64,000 bases of DNA. Origin: a virus. A model generated the notes under the pieces. It made no database searches. It was not told the origin of the DNA and saw nothing but the letters and a program-made list of their open reading frames with translations. The position numbers and the translations under genes are program-made. Location: the IMG/VR virus record IMGVR_UViG_3300047666_001143, positions 12,219 to 76,218 of that record; one strand, 5' to 3'. Below, in pieces: positions 27,284-36,209 of this stretch (within the stretch, counting starts at the first letter, position 1; every line of letters begins with the position of its first letter).

Positions 27284-27408
27284 TATTAATGTACGAGACT
27301 GCTAATTATTTGAATAAAGAGCACGTTGAAAAAACTAAAATAATTCAAGAGAAATATGAAATTATACAAAAAGAAAATTATTTAGAACTATCATGGAAGA
27401 ACAATTAA
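27271..27408 (+). CDS. small hypothetical protein (45 aa), not in ORF track
   Basis: MGKLILMYET...SWKNN*; bridges its neighbours. Confidence 0.45.
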   Translation: MGKLILMYETANYLNKEHVEKTKIIQEKYEIIQKENYLELSWKNN

Positions 27409-27827
27409 TAAAATTTAAAACAGCAAAATTAGCTAAAGAGAAGGGTTTAGCACAAAAACTTTTTAATACAAGTTGGTATAATGAATTAGGTAGACGAAAT
27501 GGAAGGTCTGATATTAATTTAGAAGGCAAAACTTTTAATACTACCTATAGCGAATCCTCTAACCCAGAATCTTTAAAAAAGAGTGATTTTAAAATAAAAA
27601 TTTATCTAGCACCAACACAATCTTTATTATCAACTTGGTTGAAGAAAACTCATGGTCTTTATGCTTATATAGATTGGGTAGACGATGAAGTGGTTATTGT
27701 GGATTTTAAGAATTCAGAAGGAGAAGAACTGTTTAGAGCAAATTGTTATGATTTCGTGCCAGATTATGAATCAGAAGAGGAATTATTAGAAGAATTATTG
27801 CAAAAAGCGTTAAAACTAATTAAATAA
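27393..27827 (+). CDS. hypothetical protein
   Basis: ORF with F.TAKLAKEKG...APTQSLL..WL. Confidence 0.7.
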   Translation: MEEQLIKFKTAKLAKEKGLAQKLFNTSWYNELGRRNGRSDINLEGKTFNTTYSESSNPESLKKSDFKIKIYLAPTQSLLSTWLKKTHGLYAYIDWVDDEVVIVDFKNSEGEELFRANCYDFVPDYESEEELLEELLQKALKLIK

Positions 27828-27829
27828 TC

Positions 27830-28213
27830 ATGGAGATAATACCTTATAAAAGTAGAGATGTAGATTTATCTAAAAAAGTCAGGATGTACAGGTGCTTGAA
27901 TAAAAAAGGGTTTGTTTTTTCTTTAAGTCAAAAGGGAAAAGTAATAGGTCACACTAGCGATATTGTCTTGAAAGATTGTAGTTTAATTATAATGGAGTCT
28001 GGTAAAAACAGATGTTTAAGAGAGAAGCAGAGAAATGTTCATGCTTTTGTAGAGGGTTTTGTGGCAGCAGACACAGATATAAAACTGGCTTTTTCTTTTT
28101 TACTTAATTATAACCCTTATGAAGATAAAAAATTTCATACTACTCACTTCGATGAATTATCTAAATGTGAAATAGTCTACTTGAAAAATAATAAAATATA
28201 CTGTCAAATTTAA
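27830..28213 (+). CDS. conserved hypothetical phage protein
   Basis: YRCLN...KQRNVHAFVEG...YNPY. Confidence 0.7.
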   Translation: MEIIPYKSRDVDLSKKVRMYRCLNKKGFVFSLSQKGKVIGHTSDIVLKDCSLIIMESGKNRCLREKQRNVHAFVEGFVAADTDIKLAFSFLLNYNPYEDKKFHTTHFDELSKCEIVYLKNNKIYCQI

Positions 28214-28224
28214 TATAAATAATT

Positions 28225-28701
28225 ATGGATAAAAATAAAATAGTAGAAAAGATAGAAAAAACTTTAGAAGTTTTTAAAAATACACTTAATACTCTAAATA
28301 CAGAGGAAAATTTAGTTTTAGGAGGTTCAACAGCTCTCAGGCTTCACGGTATAAATACCAAGAGAATTCCAGAAGACTTGGATATAATTCTTTTTTCCCC
28401 TACAATGAAACAATTTAACTTTCTAAAAAGCATAGAGGACTTCAGTGATTTTACACAAGATAAGGGTTATGAGCAAGTTTATAAATTCAGAAAAGTAAAG
28501 GATAATATAACTTTTACTTTGGATGTCTTAATAGAGCATTCCGCAGTGCCTCAAAACTTACTGCTGTTGAAAAGAGGAAAGTTACTAATTAAAGTGCAAG
28601 ATATTGACAATACAATTGTAGCTAAATCCAGTTACGGGAGAGATAAGGATTTAAAGGATATGTTAGATTTGAAAAATTTAAACTTTAATCCCTCTAAGTA
28701 G
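28225..28701 (+). CDS. nucleotidyltransferase-superfamily protein
   Basis: LGGSTAL..HG...R.PEDLDI...R.KD..D. Confidence 0.7.
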   Translation: MDKNKIVEKIEKTLEVFKNTLNTLNTEENLVLGGSTALRLHGINTKRIPEDLDIILFSPTMKQFNFLKSIEDFSDFTQDKGYEQVYKFRKVKDNITFTLDVLIEHSAVPQNLLLLKRGKLLIKVQDIDNTIVAKSSYGRDKDLKDMLDLKNLNFNPSK

Positions 28702-28702
28702 T

Positions 28703-29053
28703 ATGACAGACGGACATAAACTGTTTTTAACAGTAGGATACTCTTTTGATTATACGAAAAGTCATTTTCATCATATTGCAGCTTTTGATTGTATTTCACA
28801 ATTCTTCGAACACAGGAATAATATAAAGGGTTATATTGATGATGAAAAAGGGCCTCGTGTAGAAGAAGGTAGTGATTTGGCTATTTTTTATGATGAGATG
28901 TATGAATCTTTTGATAATGGAGATATTGGGAGTTTTGTTAAGAATAAATTACTAGAGTATGAGATGTATGAAGTTCTCCAGCAACTAAACGAACCTTTAT
29001 ATGGTAAAGCGTTGGAACTTAAAAAAGAATTAGAAATCCCCAACAATAATTAA
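28703..29053 (+). CDS. hypothetical protein
   Basis: Last ORF of the + strand arm. Confidence 0.65.
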   Translation: MTDGHKLFLTVGYSFDYTKSHFHHIAAFDCISQFFEHRNNIKGYIDDEKGPRVEEGSDLAIFYDEMYESFDNGDIGSFVKNKLLEYEMYEVLQQLNEPLYGKALELKKELEIPNNN

Positions 29054-29122
29054 ATTGTCAGGGATTTCGGGTCCTAAGCGAAATTGTATAAATCCCTTAA
29101 TTAACTTTAAGGGATTTATTTT
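29033..29122. terminator. double hairpin, bidirectional terminator at the strand switch
   Basis: GAAATCCC...GGGATTTC 29033-29068 and ATAAATCCCTTAA-ttaact-TTAAGGGATTTAT 29088-29119. Confidence 0.8.
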
Positions 29123-32100
29123 TATTCTCCAGTAAAGAAATCTTGCATCATCAATACTGCTGAATCTGTTACTCCTTTATTATACATTTTATATGTATTT
29201 GTAACATCTTCCAATGTTTCTGCATCGTGCATATCATATATTGCTTTTGCTCCTGGAACGTTTTTTACAAAATACCTTTGTCTTTTGGATAGTCCTTTGT
29301 ACTTATTTGAAGATATTTCCTCTCCGTCAAATATTTCCCATAAGGCCGAGAAATCTTGTGCGGATCTTAAAGTAACAAGAGGACTTTCTAAGGTACCAAC
29401 AACATCTCCAACAATTCCTGTCGATAAATTTGTGCTTGCCTCATTTAGAGTTCTTCTTAATATATAGTTTGTCAATCCTATCATATAGATTTCCTCATTG
29501 TCATCATCCTCAGCAGCAGCGAATATCATTGAAAATATTAATACCATCGATAAATACACACCCATTTCTTTGACTACTCTACTTGTATTTCTTACTTTCA
29601 ATTCATAATCTAAAAAAGCTTCGTTATAATCTGCATTATTTTCAGCATCTGTTTTACCACTATCTTTGAAATTTTCTCTTTTTGGTTCTTTATAGAATTC
29701 TTTGATATCCTCATTTCTCTCCATCATTTTCATTGGGTTTCCGATTATAGAGCCCATTAATCTTCCTAATGTTCTATAATGTCCTTCTTCATATAATCCT
29801 GTATCAAAATTTAAATGTCTATCTTTAAATTTATTTTGCAAAATTATAGAGGCAAATCCTTTGTGCAACATTGCCATTGACCCTATTGCGTGTCTTTGTG
29901 CTGTTACTTTCATTTGTTGGGGTATTTGCCCTTTTATAACACTTAGTTGATTGGCCATTGACCTGTTTATAAATCCTTTTGCATCTTTTAGATACTTATT
30001 AGTTTCCTCTTTGGTTTTATTTGGAAACTCATTATATATAGTGTCATTCCAAGTAAAACCGTCTTTAGTGAAATTCATATAATTATAAACAGATTTTCCT
30101 TCTTCATTTTTCCACAGTCCTTCTGCTGCTTTTTTCTCCATACCATCTCTGGTTTTCTCTTGTATGAATTGTCGCATGTTGTATCGTTTGCCATCTACTA
30201 TTCTGTTGTCAAATAATATAGAAAGCATCACTTGTGGTGTTATAGGAAAATCTGCTGCTGCGTGAATTGCCATTGCAGATTTTGAAAATAACCTTTGAAA
30301 TGGTCCAAACTTAGCATTTCTTGTTTTTGAAGTCATATCATATTCTCCAAATGCCTGACCCATCAAAGTTAATTTTGAATTATCAACAACTTTTGCTTTT
30401 AGGGCGTTTGAGGCTGTCTCGCCCATTAGAGTTTTATACTCTTTGAAAGCTAATTTAGCAGATTCCCTGTTGGTTTTTTCTCCTACAAAATCCTCTACTT
30501 TTTTAGTAATATACCCAGTTGTAAGCCCTGTAACTGCAATTGGCAAGGAAAAACCTAAGTTTTTTATACTCACATATTTAGTGAAACTTCTGGCTACTTT
30601 TGCTAAATCCATTTCGAATTTACTTCCTGGTATTATGAACTTCTTAGTCAGTTGTTCAGTTTTACCGTAAATTGCACTGTCTATGAAAGATTCTGTCATC
30701 TTCAGAACATTTTCTAATTTTTTACCTCTGCTGTGTCTTTTGTTGTTTAAAAGTATATTTTGCAAAGATTCTATGTCCGATAGAACTTCTTTTTTAGCTT
30801 TATATTGACTTGACTTAGCTACTAATTGAGTTAAAGCCATAAAATGATCATCTGATACATCATTAGGGTCTTCTAAATCTCTTGTGTAATATTTAGGTAA
30901 TAATTTACTTTTCTTGAAGTCTTTCTCCCCATACGCCAAGTCATCTATTCTATAAGCTAATCTTTCTTTGAATATTTCTACTATTGCAGACCATTTTTCT
31001 TTCGTAGATGCATTTGAACCTATAATAGCCCTTATCTTTTCTGTAGTTGTTTTGGATATTTGGACAGGTTTATATAAATCTTGTCCTTGACTATCCATAG
31101 ATTTAAAGGCTTTCTCTTTTGTCTCTAAGTATAGTCTTCTTACTTCAAATTCCTCTTTGTTTTTTGTAGCTTCCCCTTTTTTATTGATTGCAAAATAATT
31201 TGAGTATTCATTATTTTCGTACTTACCTTTTTTAGGTTGCGAAAATCCTCCTTTATAATTTTTATTATAATCTGGATTTAAAATATAACCGTTATTATAC
31301 AAATCACTCTTGTATTTTGTATTCTGAGAATCTGTAAGAGTAGTTAACTCTCCGTTTTTTTCTTTTTCCAAGAAATCCTCTAATTTACTTTTGTTATTTA
31401 TTGCCTCAAAAGTCTGTCCTGATATTCCAGAAAAAGTATCCATTCTTGTAACTTCTGAATCATCTAATATACTATTGTTTATAACTACATTTATATATGG
31501 ATCACTATACATACTGTCAAAAATATTTAATATTTTTTCTCCTGTATTAAATCTCTCTTCAATAGTTTTATATCCTTCTGGTGCAAATCTAGTGAAGTAT
31601 GCATATAAATTACCTTTTGCATAACTTAATTTTGTCTCTAGTAAATTAGATCCTTTGTGTCTCGCCATTAACTTTTCCTCTGACTCAGATAAAGTCAACC
31701 CTGCTTCTGACTTATTATAAGCATTGACTACTCTATATATATCCTCTGTATTTGAGTGAGGTGAATTTCTTAATTCTAAGAGTTCCTCAGCGGTTCCTTC
31801 GGTAATTCCTTTTTTCTTTAGATAGTTTTTATAAGATTGATTTACAGATTTTACTCCTGCACTTTCATTCTCGTTTTCATTTTCAGGGATCTTTAAACTT
31901 CTTTTTAATGAATTTATTGTTAATGTGTACTCCCTCACTTCTGACATGTCTATTTCATGCATATTATCTATCTCTATTGGAGAAGATGTATTTCTATTCA
32001 TTGCAATAAGTGCTGATTTTTTTGCAGAGAGTTCTCTTAAAGTTTTTATGTCATCTTCTCTTCCAGGATTTAATGTGTCCAATTCTGGATTTTGCAACAT

Positions 32101-35100
32101 GCTTTCTTCTCCTAAAGATTCATAAAATTCTTTTGACAAAGATACATCTACATTGGAAAGTAAAATATCCATTTTTTGTTCTTGAGAATAATTTGAACTG
32201 CTTATAAGTTCTCTAAGAGAAGTTTTTAAATTTTGATTTTTATCTTCTTTCTCAACAATGTTGTTGATATAATCCTCATCTATTCTATGTAAATCATAAG
32301 CTATTTTAGCTGCTGTTCTTTCAATGTCATTGGAAGTTTCACTTAGGTCCAATACTAAACTTCCACCTGTTGCTAATTCAATACCATCTTTAGGTTTAGT
32401 ATAATCTATTTTAAGTCCTTTTTTAAATCCTGTTATATCTGAATAGATACTTTTTCTGTTTTTTCTGGTTTTTGAAATATCATTCAGTTCACTTTTAGTT
32501 TGAAGTGATAATATAACTCTTCCATCCTCTTTTCTTGCTTTGTTTCTTATAGATGCTCTCGAAGAAGATAGTTCTTTTAAGAAGGTTATTGTCTCTGGAT
32601 TTATATTTAAATTTTTATACTTTTCTTGTATCTCTTTGTAATATAGAGGATTTATTATAGGTTCATCTACTCCTAATAGTCTTTCTTGTAAAGCTATTTT
32701 GTAATTACCAAAATCAAGCTCACTTAATTCATTTAACTTTAAAGTTTGCTCTCTTTTTGCTTTTCTGTAATTTTCAATTGTATCTATTTTTTCCTTGGCA
32801 AAGTCGTTGTAAGTTTTGAACATTACAGCTTCTCTGTCATCCAAATGTTTTTTGGTATCGTAAGGCCCTTTTAAATGACCATTTTCATCGAACATATTTG
32901 CAAATTGTTCTTTTGTAAAACCTACTTCTTCCATGTAATTTGTAAATTCAGCAGACATTTCTTTTTCATATTGATTTGCCATCATATCTGCTTCCCATAT
33001 TTTTATCCCCATCATATTCAAAATAGGATTAGATGCATGGTGTATTTGTCCGAAGAACGAGAATATAAAATTAGAATCGTTTATTTGACCTTGTATGGCT
33101 TTTTGCATGTGGTCTCTTGCAACTTCTTGTTCTTTAATTCCCAATTGAGATACTACAGATTCAAGTATTTCTCTTACTTGATCTGTACCAACTGAATTGT
33201 TTTTAGATACAAGACTTGCTATAATATTATTATTTTCTTTAATTTTACCTACTAATTTGTTTTTACCTTTTAAGTCGCTTTCATTTATTTTGGCCAAACC
33301 AGTTTCTAAGTCGGAAAATAGGCTTTTCAAATCCTCTAAGTTTTCCAACATTACTTTATTTTGTTCACTTAGACCTTTACCTTGTTTCAAAGATTCTTCT
33401 AGTGCTACTGTAGTACTGTTTATTAGCTTATTTGTAGATTCTATCAATTTTTCTGTAACCAATGCAAGCTCTTGATTAGTTGCAGTTTCCAAAGATACTC
33501 CTGCCAATTGTCTTTTGTAACTGGAGAATTGAGGCTTTTCTGATAAACTATTAAATGTATTTATGAGACTTTCTGTTACTGGTATAACTTGATCGGACAG
33601 GGAGTACATTAAACTGATATCTTTGGACTCTTGTATATCTGATTCCGATAAAGTTTCTTCTCTTTGAATTACAAATTTTTCAACTGTGTTATTTAATTCT
33701 TTTAATTGTCTGAAATGCTTACTTGTTATATTTAACTTATCGAAGAATTGTTCAATAATGTCAACTAGTTTTGCTAGGAAAGATTGAGGTTTACCTTCTG
33801 TCTTACTTAAAGTAAGATTTTTCATTATTTTTCCTAAAATCTCTTTTTCTAATTTCTTTTGGTCGCCTTTGTATACTTCATTGTAAACTGCATAGTGCTC
33901 TTGATATTCAGGACTACTTTTAATGAAATCAGATAGTTCTGCCAACTGCTCTTCAGTCATTGTTTCCACGATGATATGCATTACCTCCTCCGTTAAATCT
34001 TCTAAATTTATACTGTTTGGGTCTATGCTACCATCTTCCAATTGAACTCCTTTAAAAGCAACTAGTCTATTTGCGATATCCGCAAGTGCTTCTACTGATG
34101 GAGATAATTTATTTTTTAACTTGAATTTATCTTGATAATCCTTAAGTGATAAAGTACTTATGCCCATATCATTTAAAATAGAAAATAAATTTAATCTAAG
34201 ATTTCTTTCGCTGATTTTTTCTTTTTTACTTACTACAGTTTTTTGAGAACTACTACTTAAAATAGCATCACTAACCATTCTGTGTGTAGAACCTTCCTTG
34301 GATGGTTGTACCTTTACTTCTTTAATTTGTATAAGTCCATCTTTAACTTGGTAATTTCTTTTTGACAATGAAGCTGATACTTCTTCTTTGAAGAATTCCA
34401 AGGTGTATTTTTGTTGTTGAGGTGTGTTTCCTGTGGTAGTATAAAAAGTTTCACCGTTGTAAGTTACTTTTTCTGGTTTTATTACTCCATCAAAGATAAA
34501 AGCATTTATCACTCCTTCAGTTGTTCTTTCGTCTAAAGTTGCTGGAAGACTTGCTATTACTTTTCCGTTGGACACTATATTGATAGTTTTACCTTGGGTA
34601 TTTCTCAATGCATCTTCAAATGAGTTGTATTCTTTATCTTCCGATTTTATACTGAACAGTGGTGTTGCACCTTGATTTTGCTCTTTTACCTTGCTTGATG
34701 CTTCAAATATATCTGCTAATAATTCTTCAGATACATTTTTTACCGTTCCATTTTCGTCTACACTGTAAATAGCCAATATTTTGTTAGAAGGTATTTCTTT
34801 TTTTACCTTTACATATCCATCAATAACATCTATTACAGCTTTGTTTTCACTAGGGTCATTTTCTATCATCACAACATAGTTTGGTTTACCTTGTGTCGGC
34901 CTTAAATCCGTAGGTGCAAAACCAGATGCATAGTTAAAAGCTGTTCTTGGGGCAGTTCCATATACTGTAACTCCTGCATCAACTTCATCTCCTATATTAT
35001 AAGATTGATTACTTTGTATGTACCCATTTTCTCTTATAAAGGCCAATTCATCAGGATGTATTCCTCTGAACAATAAAGATGCAGATTGTCCAGTAAGTGT

Positions 35101-35844
35101 TGGAAAATCAGAAGTTTCTCCAAAAACATTTTTTGGATATAAATGTGGATTTGTTTCTTTAGGATATATATCCTTTAGTTCCATATTTTTTATATCAATG
35201 CCTTGACTAGGGTATTTTATTTTGTTTTTTTCTATGGTTTTAGAAACAGAGTCTTTATAATTCTCCAATAAATAGTCTATCATATCCACTTTGGATCTAT
35301 CAGGAGCACTTTCTAAACTTGCCTCTTTGAGTATACTTTCTTGAATACCTTCAAAAAACTCTGCCGTATCTACAATACGATCTTGAATTTGTTTTTTATT
35401 TATTCCTATTGCTATTTCATCCTTGCTCCCTTTATAATATGCACGAAAAATAAGCTCATCTCCTACAAAACCTTTCTCTTCTTTTATTTCAATACCAGAT
35501 AATCCTATTAACTTATCGAAATTATCCCATGCATAACTTTTTGAAAGAAATGGAGTCCCCATAAGTTTAATACTAGCCACCCTATATTTTTTAAGCATAG
35601 AACTAATCTCTTCCGACTCTTTCATTAAGCTGTAAACTTCTTCTTGACTCTTAGGTAAGGTATATCTATCAACAGGTTTAAAATTAGCTTTTAAGATTTC
35701 ATCATATATTTGAACAGCTTGTTCTAAACTTTCTACGTGCGGAAGTTTAGCAATGTTATTAAATACTTTGGATTCATTCCCATTAGAGTCTAATACTTTT
35801 ATGATCTTTCCTTGACTGTCTCTTGTAATTTTACAATTTGCCAT
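29122..35844 (-). CDS. giant virion cargo (ejection) protein with ART-like and degenerate zincin segments
   Basis: 2240 aa; position downstream of tail genes; LFRG...YGT....AFNYA; EEVMH; hydrophobic C-terminal helices. Confidence 0.7.
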   Translation of the reverse strand: MANCKITRDSQGKIIKVLDSNGNESKVFNNIAKLPHVESLEQAVQIYDEILKANFKPVDRYTLPKSQEEVYSLMKESEEISSMLKKYRVASIKLMGTPFLSKSYAWDNFDKLIGLSGIEIKEEKGFVGDELIFRAYYKGSKDEIAIGINKKQIQDRIVDTAEFFEGIQESILKEASLESAPDRSKVDMIDYLLENYKDSVSKTIEKNKIKYPSQGIDIKNMELKDIYPKETNPHLYPKNVFGETSDFPTLTGQSASLLFRGIHPDELAFIRENGYIQSNQSYNIGDEVDAGVTVYGTAPRTAFNYASGFAPTDLRPTQGKPNYVVMIENDPSENKAVIDVIDGYVKVKKEIPSNKILAIYSVDENGTVKNVSEELLADIFEASSKVKEQNQGATPLFSIKSEDKEYNSFEDALRNTQGKTINIVSNGKVIASLPATLDERTTEGVINAFIFDGVIKPEKVTYNGETFYTTTGNTPQQQKYTLEFFKEEVSASLSKRNYQVKDGLIQIKEVKVQPSKEGSTHRMVSDAILSSSSQKTVVSKKEKISERNLRLNLFSILNDMGISTLSLKDYQDKFKLKNKLSPSVEALADIANRLVAFKGVQLEDGSIDPNSINLEDLTEEVMHIIVETMTEEQLAELSDFIKSSPEYQEHYAVYNEVYKGDQKKLEKEILGKIMKNLTLSKTEGKPQSFLAKLVDIIEQFFDKLNITSKHFRQLKELNNTVEKFVIQREETLSESDIQESKDISLMYSLSDQVIPVTESLINTFNSLSEKPQFSSYKRQLAGVSLETATNQELALVTEKLIESTNKLINSTTVALEESLKQGKGLSEQNKVMLENLEDLKSLFSDLETGLAKINESDLKGKNKLVGKIKENNNIIASLVSKNNSVGTDQVREILESVVSQLGIKEQEVARDHMQKAIQGQINDSNFIFSFFGQIHHASNPILNMMGIKIWEADMMANQYEKEMSAEFTNYMEEVGFTKEQFANMFDENGHLKGPYDTKKHLDDREAVMFKTYNDFAKEKIDTIENYRKAKREQTLKLNELSELDFGNYKIALQERLLGVDEPIINPLYYKEIQEKYKNLNINPETITFLKELSSSRASIRNKARKEDGRVILSLQTKSELNDISKTRKNRKSIYSDITGFKKGLKIDYTKPKDGIELATGGSLVLDLSETSNDIERTAAKIAYDLHRIDEDYINNIVEKEDKNQNLKTSLRELISSSNYSQEQKMDILLSNVDVSLSKEFYESLGEESMLQNPELDTLNPGREDDIKTLRELSAKKSALIAMNRNTSSPIEIDNMHEIDMSEVREYTLTINSLKRSLKIPENENENESAGVKSVNQSYKNYLKKKGITEGTAEELLELRNSPHSNTEDIYRVVNAYNKSEAGLTLSESEEKLMARHKGSNLLETKLSYAKGNLYAYFTRFAPEGYKTIEERFNTGEKILNIFDSMYSDPYINVVINNSILDDSEVTRMDTFSGISGQTFEAINNKSKLEDFLEKEKNGELTTLTDSQNTKYKSDLYNNGYILNPDYNKNYKGGFSQPKKGKYENNEYSNYFAINKKGEATKNKEEFEVRRLYLETKEKAFKSMDSQGQDLYKPVQISKTTTEKIRAIIGSNASTKEKWSAIVEIFKERLAYRIDDLAYGEKDFKKSKLLPKYYTRDLEDPNDVSDDHFMALTQLVAKSSQYKAKKEVLSDIESLQNILLNNKRHSRGKKLENVLKMTESFIDSAIYGKTEQLTKKFIIPGSKFEMDLAKVARSFTKYVSIKNLGFSLPIAVTGLTTGYITKKVEDFVGEKTNRESAKLAFKEYKTLMGETASNALKAKVVDNSKLTLMGQAFGEYDMTSKTRNAKFGPFQRLFSKSAMAIHAAADFPITPQVMLSILFDNRIVDGKRYNMRQFIQEKTRDGMEKKAAEGLWKNEEGKSVYNYMNFTKDGFTWNDTIYNEFPNKTKEETNKYLKDAKGFINRSMANQLSVIKGQIPQQMKVTAQRHAIGSMAMLHKGFASIILQNKFKDRHLNFDTGLYEEGHYRTLGRLMGSIIGNPMKMMERNEDIKEFYKEPKRENFKDSGKTDAENNADYNEAFLDYELKVRNTSRVVKEMGVYLSMVLIFSMIFAAAEDDDNEEIYMIGLTNYILRRTLNEASTNLSTGIVGDVVGTLESPLVTLRSAQDFSALWEIFDGEEISSNKYKGLSKRQRYFVKNVPGAKAIYDMHDAETLEDVTNTYKMYNKGVTDSAVLMMQDFFTGE

Positions 35845-36209
35845 TATAATGGTAATTTTAATTTAATTAGTGTTGCTTTTTCCTGTGCTTCCTTGTCTTC
35901 TACTTTAATATTGTATCCTTTTAGCATTTTTTGGAAGCTTTCACTTTGGTAATCGGATAATTTTGTCGGAAACTCTATTTTACCTGTATATTTGGTAACT
36001 CCCTCCCTGTTAAGTACTGTACTATTATATTTATCTAATGCCTTTTTTATGGTGACACATTCTTCGTATAATTCTAACCCTTCATACTCCTCTAAAACAA
36101 GTAAAGTGGAATATAAAGGGTATCTTTCAATATAAGATAAGTATGATTCAACTCTAGCAATCGAGTTCGCTTCCTTCTGTTGTGGTGATGTCTGTTTTTG
36201 TTGTGTCAA
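35844..36209 (-). CDS. hypothetical protein
   Basis: 121-aa ORF bridging the two giant genes. Confidence 0.55.
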   Translation of the reverse strand: MTQQKQTSPQQKEANSIARVESYLSYIERYPLYSTLLVLEEYEGLELYEECVTIKKALDKYNSTVLNREGVTKYTGKIEFPTKLSDYQSESFQKMLKGYNIKVEDKEAQEKATLIKLKLPL

